The notes beneath the pieces were generated by a model, which saw only the letters and a program-made list of their open reading frames with translations, did no database searches and was not told the origin of the DNA. This document shows, in pieces, positions 28,577 to 41,309 of a stretch of DNA of 64,000 bases. The translations under genes and the position numbers were made by a program. The stretch spans positions 186,001 through 250,000 of the forward strand of contig NW_021825710.1 in the NCBI RefSeq assembly GCF_006345805.1, in the 5' to 3' direction. Source of the DNA: Octopus sinensis (lineage: Eukaryota). How positions within the stretch are numbered: position 1 is the stretch's first letter; each line of letters begins with the position of its first letter.

Positions 28577-28906
28577 AATGGGACGAATGTTACTGTTGTT
28601 TAGCCCCAGAAAACATCGTTTCCAGCTGGCTATACGACACAATATCTGAGTCCTTATATTTTCGAACAGAGATAATCAGCGACCCCATCCAGCACAAAGC
28701 AACATCTGTGGACCGGTTTCTGGGTTATTGCTCTTTCTCAGCACAGAGTAGCTGCTTGGTTAGATGACGCTACTGAATTCCTGTTCGAAAATATAAGGAC
28801 TTAGATATTCTGGTTCGAAAATATAAAGACACAGATATTGTGTCATATAGCCAACTGGAAACGACGTTTCCTGGAGTTAAACAATAGTAACATTCGTCCC
28901 ATTCAT
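28577..28906. repeat. Inverted repeat cassette with degenerate hammerhead-like motif (minus strand, 28706-28745)
   Basis: 28577-28670 is the reverse complement of ~28780-28906; minus strand CTGTG-CTGAGAA...GAAACCGGTC-CACAG. Confidence 0.7.
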
Positions 28907-29075
28907 TCTTTTACTCCTTTACTTGTTTCAGTCATTTGACGGTGACCATGCTGGAGCACCGTCTTTTAGTCGGAGAAATCGACCCTTGGACTTATTCTTT
29001 GTAACCCTGGTGCTTATTCTATTGGTCTCTTCTGCCGTAACATTAATTGTCAAACGATGGTGGGGGACAATCACT

Positions 29076-29138
<63 letters not shown>

Positions 29139-29189
29139 GACGGGGTTCTTTCAGTTGTATGTTGTCTTCAATAAGATTGATGTAAGTCC

Positions 29190-29600
29190 CACATCAACTG
29201 TCAAAAAGTGTGGCCGCCCCAATTGTGGGATTTGCATCGATCATATTGAAGACACAACACATAAATTCAAATCAGGACAGATTTTTACGGTAACAAATCA
29301 CTTTACATGTTCTTCAAGGAATTTAATATATGCTATCAAATGTCAAGGATATAATGAAGATGACATAAGTCAATCGAAGCTTACTTTAAGAAAGACTGAC
29401 CATTCACCGACAACAAATACGAGATCCCAGTACTAGACAGATTCTACTGAGTGGACACATAGATATATGTGCAAAAATAAGTCCCCCCCAAATTCCAGGT
29501 CTTCCCACTCTACCTATGTTCAGTGAATACCACAGATAAAGCACGGATAAATAAAGAGAATACTTTCATTTAAAAGTGCAAACCCAGACTTAAACTTTAA
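29190..29600 (+). pseudogene. Penelope-like GIY-YIG endonuclease relic
   Basis: KCGRPNCGIC..FTCSSRNLIYAIKCQG..SQSKLTLR. Confidence 0.75.
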
Positions 29601-30537
29601 CAAAGTACATACACAAATAACTATTCACACGAGGAACCTACATAGCTAACAACCTAAACTTTAGCCACTTGACTACATACAAATGACTCCTGTCTACTCT
29701 TACCTCAGACAGATTAAATTTGGAGAGCCTTGATTGCAACTAAACATGTTCATTCAACTGTGTCAGCCTTCATTTTAGGTGCAAGATGTACTACCACGTG
29801 ACACTAATACACGGATGTAGCGGGAGACGTACAGAAGGTTCTAAACTTAATCATGTGTTCATTCTCTACAAACACTTGACACAAAACATTCAGAGCATTG
29901 ATTATTTAGTTCTACCACCAGATTTGTTCAGTCGACCGTATCAGCCTTAACCTAGGACATTAACATTGTCCGGGACCTACAAAATTTTCTAAGACCAGTC
30001 ATGTGACTATCCTCTACCAGTGAAACCCTATTCATAACATATACTAATTTGAACCATGAACTCCCTATAAAAATTGGGCAAGCTTCAAACACCAGTCAGA
30101 AGCAAAACAACAGCGACATAAGCAACATGTTTCTTTTTCAAATTTTTTTTAATCAGTGTATACAACGGGCTACTTTCTGTTTCTGTCTGACAAATACATT
30201 CACAAGGCTTTGGTTGGCCCAAGGCTATATAGTACAAAACACTTGCTCAAGGTTCCACACAGTGAGACTGAACCTAGAGCCATGTGGTTGGGAAGCAAAC
30301 TCTTTACAGCAGAGACATACCTGTTCCTATACATATATATTCTATCTTTATCTTTTACTTGTTTCAGTCATTAGAGTGTGGCCATGCTGAGGCAGCAGCT
30401 TCAAGAATTAACTCAAGCACTTTTATTTTTAAGCCTTGTACTTGTTCTCTTGGTCTCTTCTGCTGGACATAAACACACTGGCACCAGTTGTTGAGTGGCA
30501 GTAGAGACAAACACAAATACACATATCGATATATATA

Positions 30538-31418
30538 CAGAGTGTGGGAAATAAACTGTCGTGTAAATTACACAAAAATGAAAATAACACTGACATCTCA
30601 TTTTAACAGATATATTTACCAAAATTACATAAAAATATCTTGAAATACTAAGGAGTAAATTTATTCTATAAATCGCTATTGGCTTCAACCATGGCCTCCA
30701 GATGACTTCGGAATCTCTTGCAACTCTTCTGAACTGTCTCCTTGTTTAAGCTGGTGAATACTACCATAATCCTTGCTTTCAGTTCATCTTTGGTGTTACA
30801 AAGAGTTTTGTTGGTCTCTCATTCAACTGCGCCCAACACAATAATCAAGGGGGTTGCAGTCTGGAGAATTAAGAGGCCAGATGTTAGAGGTGATGTGATT
30901 GCAGAAATTGTCTGACAGCCATGACTGGGTGTTCTTGCTTGTGTGGCGTGATGCAGAGTCCTGTTGCCAGACACAGGATCTTCCAACAGCCACCCTCTTG
31001 ACCTAGGGCCACACTACCTCCTCCAGGCACTCCCAAGGTTCAATAGTATTTCTTCCATGTAGGAAGATGAATGGAAGCCTAACGTTGCCATCACTTGTGA
31101 TCACTCCAAACACCATGATGTTGACTGAATATTTGATTTCTATCACTCTTGGTATATGTCTTCAGATTGCACTGTCCTCAGATTGACACCCAAACACTCT
31201 GAGATATTCGTACTGGCACTTCCAACATGAATTCCAAGCAGTACAGCATGTCATTTCCAAATTTCTGGCAGAGTGAATTGCATCACAATGCTGTTTTTTC
31301 TCATAGATGGTGCCCAACTGACCCTACTATACTGTGTAGTTGACAAAATCAAAGACAAGCAATTCACATGCACAAAGGTAAAAATATAGAATTGTGACAA
31401 TTTACCCATCACACTCTG
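30538..31418 (-). mobile_element. Internally deleted maT/Tc1-mariner-type transposon
   Basis: TIRs CAGAGTGTGGGAAATAAACTGTC / GACAATTTACCCATCACACTCTG; minus strand WQQDSA..HTSK and WPLNSPDCNPLDY. Confidence 0.8.
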
Positions 31419-31420
31419 TG

Positions 31421-31454
<34 letters not shown>

Positions 31455-31463
<9 letters not shown>

Positions 31464-32870
31464 ATTAGAGATAAAACCACTACTAAGCAAATCAAACAGT
31501 GAAAACCATAAGCCAATACATAGAAATAAAATTAATTAAAAAATATATAAAAAATATAAAATATAAAATATAAAAATCCAATTAAAATATTTAAATTAAA
31601 GTTAAAAATTTTTTTAATTATTTAAATTAATAATTTAAACTTATAAATTATAAATATATATATTTTTATTATTATTTTATTTAATTATTTTTTTTTATTT
31701 ATATTTTTTTTATTTTTCTTCTTATTTTTTAAAAATATTTTTATATATTTTATATTTTTATATTTTATATTTATTTATTTTTTTATGAACTATCAAAAAG
31801 TATTAAAAGTTTAATAAGATAAAGAGTAAAAACACTACGATTGTTTCATGCCGGTAACCAATTCGAATAACAATAATTTAAATTCAATTAATAATTCGAG
31901 TTATGGTTACAGTCAATCTTCTGGTTAATTGTAATATTTTTATAAATAATCAAAAATATTTAAACAACACTTTTTAAGAAATAAATAATATAATAAATTT
32001 TCTTATAAAACCTCTATTATCAAACTAGAAACTTAACGATTATGATTATGTCAAAACAACGATTATAATGTTAAATATTAATTTTAAGTTTTAAGTATTA
32101 ATTTTTAAGGTAAGAAACCCACCAATAATCTAATATCAGTAATAGTCAATATCTAATTACATAAATATTTTACAAAAAAAATGATTATTCATATTATTAA
32201 AATATAAAATTTAAATAATATATAAATTATCAATGAAAATATATAAATGCATATAAATATATAATTAAGATCTAAATAATCTCTATAAATAAATATATAT
32301 GCACATATAATAAAGACCTAATAAATTAATTTTTCATATTTAAAGATGAAATAGCTAATTTCAAAAATACAAACAAACCATCTTAAACGAACGCTATAGT
32401 AAATTAACTATCTTTATCTCTTTGGCTAAATAATAACTTTCAAAAATCTTATCTTTAAAGTACTTAAAGAAATAATCAATTCGTAGTTATATAGTAACAA
32501 ATAAATACTATAGATATATTTATCAATGGGAATAATGTAACTAGCAAATAACAATTTAAAAAGACAATATATAAGTTAAAATAATAATTATAAGAAATTT
32601 AAAACTACAATTAATGCTATTAATACATGTATATACATGAATCTAACTTATACAAACTCATATACTTGCTATCAAACAACTTATCTATCGCTAAGTAAAT
32701 TCTTACGAATAAACTTAAAGTTAATATCTAATAATTAAATAGAAAATTACGATAATTGGATAAACAACGATATATACATAAAAAAAAACAATAATATTAT
32801 ACCATAAGACTTATAAATATTAAAATTTAAAGATCTTAAATATAAATATATACTTATCTTAGCGAGGTTT
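31455..32870 (-). mobile_element. Very AT-rich non-coding repeat, diverged copy of 44535-45640
   Basis: shared blocks ATTAAATTAGAGATAAAA, TATCTAATTACATAAATATTT, AAGATGAAATAGCTAATTTCAAAA, CTTAGCGAGGTTT; degenerate hammerhead on minus strand ~31833-31927. Confidence 0.8.
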
Positions 32871-32957
32871 TGTAATGAAAAAATTAGGTGGAGAGATATG
32901 TTCAATTATTCCAGTACCTTCGAATTTAATATTGAAATATTAAATTATTGTTGGAGT

Positions 32958-33040
32958 CCCATGCTGATGAAGAAAATGGTTGGTAAAGTATAATTCTATA
33001 TTCTTTATACTGATCTAATTCCAAAACGTGCGTACATGGG
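32958..33040 (+). ncRNA. Degenerate hammerhead-like motif (relative of the 39719 family)
   Basis: CCCATG-CTGATGA...AAAAC GTGC GTA-CATGGG; G12 appears mutated to A; downstream 33120-33220 resembles 39905-40005. Confidence 0.6.
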
Positions 33041-33233
33041 TGACCAGATATTGATTGATTTTCGTTACTTTTCCTCTCTGCCTGTGTGGATTGTTTTCAA
33101 GTATTTTGGTTTTTCTGGGAGTCCCTTTTTAAAGTAGAAGAAATAGCTAAGGTATTTTGGCTGCTATTTCTAAACTTCAGTATGTGGTAAAGCAAATCTT
33201 TGCTGAACCCTAATTATTAAGTATATATATATG

Positions 33234-33384
<151 letters not shown>

Positions 33385-33489
33385 ATTTAAATTTAAAATA
33401 ATAAGTGTGAAGAATTGAATATTAATTTGATTGATATGAATTGAAAACCAGTTAATGGTTCATCCCTGTTATATAATACTTTCACTTTA

Positions 33490-33755
33490 ATAGTTTCAGT
33501 ATTAAAGTGAAAGCATGTGACATTACAATAGAGAGATGTTTTTGTTTCACTTTTAACACATAATACTGAAATAGTGGAGAAGATATGACATTACTGTAGG
33601 CTCGCCCTAGGCAAGAAGTTAAAGATTTTTATGCCCATGACACTACATGGACCCTAAGTAAGGCATGTGTAAAATTCGAATGAAATTGATTGAGTAGATC
33701 TCAAGTTTTAGGGATTCACAGACAGACACACACACATTCTCAGTTTTATATATAT
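33490..33755 (-). mobile_element. Helitron-like element 5' portion (same family as 55750)
   Basis: minus strand TATAAAACTGAGAATGTGTGTGTCTGTCTGTG..AAAACTTGAGA matches plus strand 55757-55815. Confidence 0.6.
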
Positions 33756-34002
33756 ATATATATATATAAAGTAACAAACTAAGGAAAGGAATTCCTTCAA
33801 AGGGGTGTGTAAAACATCCAATTCACTGGTACATTAGTTGAATACCACATAAATATGGGTATAATGCAAATTACAAACAATAAACTGAATAGAGAGATAC
33901 AATTGACAATCCAGTAAGTTATTTATATTATAAGATAATATACTATGAATATAATATAAGTTAACATAAAAAAATCATTAAAAAACCAAAATAGCCAACA
34001 AT

Positions 34003-35274
34003 TTGGGTCATTCCCTAAATAATGCAGTTTTTCAATTGCATGAATTAAAAGTCAGAGTGGGGTGGGATAAATTACCTGCACCAGCTTGCTATAAAAGCAG
34101 GTAGTAATTTTACTTTGTACTTATTCTTAGTGCAAGTTTTGAAGAGTGCAGTACGATTTTAACAGTTATTTTTTCCAAGCTATAATGGAAGTGACAAAGG
34201 AGCATATTTGGCATATTTTGCTTTAAGACTTCAAAAAAGGCAACAATGCAGCGGAATGTGCAAGGAGTATAAATGCAATATATGGCAATCAGACAATAAG
34301 CATAAGTCAGTGCCAACGGTGGTTCAAGAAATTCCAACCCGGAAACTACAGTCTAGAAGCCAAGCCTCATTCTGGAAGATTTGTAGTACTCAATGACAAT
34401 GTCCTGCAAACCCTGGTGGAACAAAATCCCATTGTAACAGGTGTAGGAACTAGCAGAGAAGCTTGGATTTGGTCATTCAACCATTCATCGACACTTGTGT
34501 GCCATTGGAAAAGTCAGCAAATTGGGTCTATGGGTTCCTCACAAACTTTCTGAGTCTAATCACACACACACAGAAAGCGAATGTGTGCTCTTCTTCGCTG
34601 CCATATCTCAGGAATGAATCTTTTTTGGACCAAATTGGGACTGATGATGAAAAATGGGTTCTCTATAAAAATGTCAAATGCCAAAGACCGTGGGTAAGGA
34701 AAGGAGAAACACCAGCACCCCAGGCTAAAGAAGGTCTTCACACACATAAGGTGTTGTTATCTATTTGATGGGATATGAAAGGTTTAGTCCACTTTGAATC
34801 TTTAAACCCAAACTAAATGATAACAAAGAAGATCAAGCAGCTTAAGTCAGTGCTAGAAAAACAACCATCTTTGGTTTCAAGACAAAAGGTGTTCTTCCAT
34901 TAGGATAATGCTTGGCTACATACAGCAAGGATCACATTCCAAAGGCTGGAGCAGTTTGAATGGAAAATGATGCCCCACCCACCCTATTCGCTGGACATTG
35001 CTCCATCTGATTATCATTTATTCTGCAGTCTTCAAAATCATTTGGACGGAAAAAATATGAATTCTATAGACAAGGTCAGAACAGTACCAGAGGAGTATTT
35101 TTCATCATGGACAAGTGAATTTTGGAAGAAAGGTCTTGCAAGTCTGCCAGATAGATGGAAGATCATTGTAGAAAATGAAGGAAAGTATATTTTAGATTAA
35201 AAAAGAACTTTGTTTATCTTAATTTTGAAAAATAAAAGAAGTATAAAAACTGCATTATTTATGGAATGATGCAA
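34003..35274 (+). mobile_element. mariner transposon, full-length but decayed
   Basis: TIRs TTGGGTCATTCCCTAAATAATGCAGTTTT / AAAACTGCATTATTTATGGAATGATGCAA; motifs TDDEKW, HPPYSLDIAPSDYHLF. Confidence 0.92.
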
Positions 35275-35793
35275 GGTGATTGAAAAGTAACTCATTATTT
35301 TAAAATACTTATAAACTATTTGTTAATTACAAATTTTTCTCAAATTTTTTGAAGTATGAGAATTTATTCTGCAATCATATTGCTCTTGTTGCTTATGAAT
35401 GGCTGAATGCCCACTTCCCTGGGAGATGGATGGTTTGTATAGTTCACATGAGTGGGCAGCCAGGAGTCCTGAGTTAACACCCTGTGACTTCTATTTTGGG
35501 GTTTGATAAAGGAACAAGTCTACTGGACCAAACCAAACCAAACCAAACTAAAGACTTTGGAAGAACTTGAAGAGTAAATACAAGAAGTCGTCCATCCCAC
35601 AAGAGTTCCTAATGAAATCAGTTGACATAATTCTTGGGCAACTCAAGAAGCTGGTGGTGACATCTGAAGCCCATATTGAATTTTAAATAAAATCTCATAC
35701 TAAAAGCTTTCCTCTCAAATCCATTTTTTTGTAAAAATTACAATTAATAAATAATTTATAAGTATTTTAAAATAGAGAGTTACTTTTCAATCA
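35275..35793 (+). mobile_element. Short Tc1/mariner-superfamily deletion derivative
   Basis: TIRs TGATTGAAAAGTAACTC..TATTTTAAAATACTTATAAA at both ends; internal WAARSPELTPCDFY remnant (~35453-35495). Confidence 0.75.
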
Positions 35794-37577
35794 TTATATA
35801 TATATATATATATTTATTTATTTATGTGTGTGTCTTTGTGTCTGTGTTTGTTCTCCCACCATCACTCGACAACTGATGTTGGTGTGTTTACATCCCTATA
35901 ACTTAGCAGCTCAGTAAAAGAGACCAATAAAATAAATACTAGGCTTACAAAGAATGAGTCCTGGGGTCGATTTCTTTGACCAAAACACTTTAAGGTAGTG
36001 CTCCAGCATGGCCGCAGTCAAATAACTGACACAAGTAAAAGAATAAGAAATAAAAGAATATGATACATGTTGTTGTTGTCATTATTGTCATCGTTGTTGT
36101 TTAGCCCCAGGTCAGCTGTGTTTGAGATAATGATGGTAGTGCAAGTTTGACATTTTTCAGGAGGGTGAAGGATCTTCTGGGCTAATAATTTTGCAGGTAG
36201 GGAGGTGGTCAGGTTGAGGTCAGGAAATTGACACATTTCACTGACATACAACCACCATCACCACCACTTACAACAACAAGCTCCAAACCATCACCATTAC
36301 AATTATTGTCACTATGACCACAACACTACCTCCATTACTATCACTACAATAACCACCACCACCACCATCACCACAACAAGCTCCATCACTACCACAACTC
36401 AATCATGGTAAAACCACTACCAATCAAAGGAAATCTCAACTCAGTCAATCAACCTACTATAAATCAAATTTTCCCCAGATCACACCCCACCCTCTTGGGT
36501 ATGTATTGGTATGTAGGCCCTTATATGGAGAAGAAAAAGACAGTTATGATAGGAACTCCTTTGATCATAAGTCTGGTTGACCTTGGGTTAAATAAAAACT
36601 CATGTAATGCACACATAATATTTTGCAATATAACCAATATGATTATTTCAGCTTCAGTTAATTTTGGAACATAGTGCATATTATTCTTATTTTTTGCTTA
36701 AACCTTCATCATAGTCATGTGTAACACAAAGGAATAGATTTATGCAATACAAATTATATTCCCTGTTAGGTAGGTGATGATTCATCAGACAGATGTACAG
36801 CAGCAATACAATTCTACACCACGGAAACTAATTCTCGGACTCATGACAGTCTCAGTGATAATTTCACTCACATTGCAATCTAATTTCAACCTTTTTTTTT
36901 GTGAAATCGAAAAAGCGTTTACAACTGTCATTATCAAAGGCCATAAAATAGTTTTTTTCTGCTGAAGTAAGGACATGCATTACATTAGAATTTGATGAAA
37001 ATTGGACAGCTTGCTCTGTGGTGTTTTATCTGCAGACATCTTGATCTCCAGCCAATAATATAGCAATCATGATTGGTCAATTGATTTATCAGTGTCATTA
37101 TGTTGCTGCTGCTGATTAGCAGAACAAATGACTTCTATGAAAATGTAGGAATCAAGAAATAGCAGATAATCTTTTTTTTTTTGTTTTTACACATCTATGT
37201 GCAACTTCTATTGATGGAAGAATCAGTTTGGAGAGATTTATAATATTTTATGAATTATCAGGTATGAATTAAGTTCCTCCCAGTGTTGTCACATGGAAAC
37301 CTGCAAATAAGCATATATTTAGTACATGCCCTATAACTGACATGGGTATAAATTGGAATAAACCAATAATTTGAATTATCCATATCCTTTAATGAGCTTT
37401 GAAATGTTGCAGATTCAGACTTCAAGTATGTGATCAGGAATTGATTTTTCCTTTTAGTGGACACCACTTCTTTCTTTTAAATATGAATGACGAAATAATT
37501 TTATTACAAATGAGATATAATTAGAAAATAAACACAACCAGGGGAACAAGATAATAGGTAGAATAACACTCATAAAC

Positions 37578-37646
<69 letters not shown>

Positions 37647-37884
37647 ATATATATTGATAAAAATGGTAAGACAACAAAAGAATGAAAGAGACCTTGATAT
37701 TATGTAAATAGAGGAATTTATTTGTAAATGTAATATGTGACAATTATTCGATAGCCATTATAAAACTCCGAGTTTTGGATGCCGAGATGGAAATCCATGC
37801 CAGTTATCCAGCCATCGGAAAAAATGAGCATGTATATATATATATATATATATATATGGTTTGTGTGAGTGTCATATAAATATA

Positions 37885-38135
37885 GGCACAGGAGTGGCTG
37901 TGTGGAAAGTAGCTTGCTTACCAACTACATGTTTTCGGATTTAGTCCCACTGTGTAGCACCTTGGCCAAGTGTCTTCTAATATAGCCTCGGGCCAACCAA
38001 AGCCTTGTGAGTGGATTTGGTAAATGCCAACTGGAAGACACCCATTGTGTGTGTGTGTGTCTTTGTCCCCCCACCATCGCTTAACAACTGATGTTGGTGT
38101 GCTTACATCCACATAACTTAGCAGTTTGGCAAAAG
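37885..38135 (+). mobile_element. tRNA-derived SINE (partial copies at ~30170-30330 minus, ~35825-36050)
   Basis: GCACAGGAGTGGCTGTGTGG..GCACCTTGGCCAAGTGTCTTCT..CCAAAGCCTTGTGAGTGG. Confidence 0.75.
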
Positions 38136-38258
38136 GAACACATATACTTGTGTGTATACATATGTATTTTTTATGTGTGTGTATGTATATATATATATAT
38201 ACACACACACACAACCATACACTCACACATATATATGTTCACACATGAATATATATAC

Positions 38259-38322
<64 letters not shown>

Positions 38323-38964
38323 TAAATAATGATGAAAGGAAGAAAAGGGAGAATTATGGATGTATTAATAATATATTTGTATGATACAAATAAATTATAC
38401 ATTATAAAGCTCTAAAAGAAATGGCAGATGCCAAAAACCTACATATATGTTTTGATTCATGCCCCTAGATGATCTGTAATTCTATGCATTTGGGTAGGGT
38501 CATATACTAAGAATTGGGCACCATTTTTGACTATATAGGGAAGAATCTCAGGGCTTTATGAGCTTATACTACAAAGGTTAACATATTTCTTGAAAGGATG
38601 CTGATGAATTACTCTGCCTAAATGCTTATGAATTGAAACATATGTGTAGGTTTTTAGCATCTGCCATTTCTTTTAAACTTTATAATATATAATTCATTTG
38701 TATTGTTTTTTTAAAAAAAACTGTCAACCTCATTATATCATGCAAATAAATTATCTATACAATCATAATTCTCCATTTTCTTTCTTTTATTATCAACAAT
38801 ATGTATTACAATTATAATCCCTAACATATTGTCAAGACTTTATCCTTATATGATACTGATTAACCAGTGAAATTTTGGGACTATTTAATCCCTAATGAGG
38901 ACTTGACATCTTCGAATTGACTATACACACACACACACACATTCATATATATGCATACATATAC

Positions 38965-38999
<35 letters not shown>

Positions 39000-39085
39000 T
39001 ACATGTAGATATATATATATAAATGTATACACATATATATGTGTGTATGTATATATTATATATATATATTATATATATATATAAT

Positions 39086-39345
39086 ATCATCATCATCATC
39101 ATCATCATCGTTTAACGTCCGCTTTCCGCGCTAGCACGGGTTGGACGGTTCGACCGGGTCTGGGAAGCCAGGGGCCGCTCCAGGCTCCAGTCTGAATCTG
39201 GCAGAGTTTCTACGGCTGGATGCCCTTCCTAACGCCAACCACTCCGTGAGTGGATTGGGTGCTTTTTACGTGCCACCTGCACAGGGGCCGGAGGGTCCGG
39301 CATCGGTCACGATCGGTTCGAGCTTTTAACGTGTCAGCGGCACGG
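39086..39345 (-). mobile_element. 5'-truncated 3' end of the RTE family
   Basis: (CAT)n-CGTTTAACGTCCG..GGATGCCCTTCCTAACGCCAACCACTCCG as at 57313 and 62211. Confidence 0.85.
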
Positions 39346-39718
39346 GGGCAACGAGGTCCGGGGTACTTTGGGGATCGGGGTACTTTGGGGATCGGGGTAC
39401 TTTGGGGATCCAGTATATATATATAATATATACATACACACATATATATGTGTATACATTTATATATATATATATATATCTACATGTATGCATATATATA
39501 TATATATATATATACATTATACATTATAAAGCTCTAAAAGAAATGGCAGATGCCAAAAACCTACATATATGTTTTGATTATCTGGTGACACAATCTTTTC
39601 ATTCACACATTGAATTTGGTGATACTAGTTGCGGATTCTAGCTCGCTCTGATACTGAGTTGAGTTGGTGCCTTCTAGTATCTCAAAATTCAATATATAAT
39701 CATTTATGATTATAGTAT

Positions 39719-39818
39719 TCTACGCTGAAGAGAAAAGAAGTTTTGGTAAGGTAGAATTATTTAATATTTAATTCTTATGCTTTCCTAAAAACTTGATTTC
39801 GAAACGTGCGTCCGTAGA
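39719..39818 (+). ncRNA. Type-I hammerhead ribozyme-like motif, intact core
   Basis: TCTACG-CTGAAGA-GAAA..AAGTTTT...AAAACTT..TTTC-GAAAC GTGC GTC-CGTAGA. Confidence 0.82.
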
Positions 39819-40310
39819 TAACTTAAAATTGTATGATAGATTGCCGTCAATTCATTCTCTCTTACCTGTTTGTGTCTGCCTTCCAATTGCTGTTTTTACT
39901 GAGATCTCCCTTTTTAGTAGAAGAAATAGCTATAACTCTTTGACTGCTATTTCTAAATTCGGTATGTGGTAAGGCAATTCGTTGCTAAACCCTTTATTGC
40001 TTAGTATTACTTAAATTTTCCTCGAATGAGGCTTTTACATGCCAAAGACTACTTGGTGTAATTGATAATTATTCCAAATTAATTAATTTCACCCTTCATT
40101 ATTACGGATAACCATATTTTATCTCAGTAGATGACCACAGCATCTGTTTTGGCTACACGCGGGTGGGAAGGGGCTGGTGACACAATCTTTTCATTCACAC
40201 ATTGAATTTGGTGATACTAGTTGCGGATTCTAGCTCGCTCTGATACTGAGTTGAGTTGGTGCCTTCTAGTATCTCAAAATTCAATATATAATCATTTATG
40301 ATTATAGTAT

Positions 40311-40410
40311 TCTACGCTGAAGAGAAAAGAAGTTTTGGTAAGGTAGAATTATTTAATATTTAATTCTTATGCTTTCCTAAAAACTTGATTTTGAAACGTG
40401 CGTCCGTAGA
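40311..40410 (+). ncRNA. Type-I hammerhead ribozyme-like motif, second copy
   Basis: same as 39719-39818 with C>T at the base of stem II (G-U pair). Confidence 0.78.
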
Positions 40411-40595
40411 TAACTTAAAATTGTATGATAGATTGCCGTCAATTCATTCTCTCTTACCTGTTTGTGTCTGCCTTCCAATTGCTGTTTTTACTGAGATCTC
40501 CCTTTTTAGTAGAAGAAATAGCTATAACTCTTTGACTGCTATTTCTAAATTCGGTATGTGGTAAGGCAATTCGTTGCTAACCCTTTATTGCTTAG

Positions 40596-40639
<44 letters not shown>

Positions 40640-40706
40640 GTATATGTTTATATATGCATACATGTAGATATATATATATAAATGTATACACATATATATG
40701 TGTGTA

Positions 40707-40759
<53 letters not shown>

Positions 40760-41309
40760 CATATATATATATGCACACATACATACATATATATAATATG
40801 CATACATACACACACACACACATATGTATACTTGTACAATTATGCACACACCAGAAAATGAAGTATTAACAGCAAGTTTAGATTTTAATTATCAAAAATA
40901 ATGAGTCATCTTTCTTAAGTTAATAGAAAAACCAACATGGAGAATCTTAGTATTTTAGAAAATACAATAGAAAGAAGAAATAAATTGTAAATTCATTGTG
41001 TTTATTTTAATAATTCCATATTTTCAAAGCATTAATTATATATAATTATGTTTAATCTGAAGTTTCAAATGATATTCTGTATTAAAAAAAATAAAAGCTT
41101 TGCTATGAAGTTATCAACTATTATCACCCAAAATTAGATCAGTTTTGAATAGAAAAGAAGATACAGGAATGTACTTACTTCCTTTGAGATATTTATAAAA
41201 TCCTCCTTTTTGTGAAGACAACTTGTACTTCATATATAGGTATGTGTGTGTATATAAATGTAAATAAGTAAAAGGATGTACATCATATTTTTAACTGAGG
41301 GTAATCTTT

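Larger units (their letters stand above)
39582..40598 (+). repeat. 592-bp-period tandem duplication with two intact hammerhead motifs
   Basis: 39582-40007 is nearly identical to 40174-40598. Confidence 0.95.

Noticed and set aside
36770-37140. Exon-like unique sequence on either strand
   Set aside because: Only short open frames with no recognisable domain
38597-38660. CTGATGA...GAAACATATGTG hammerhead-like string
   Set aside because: No UH triplet with a pairing stem I
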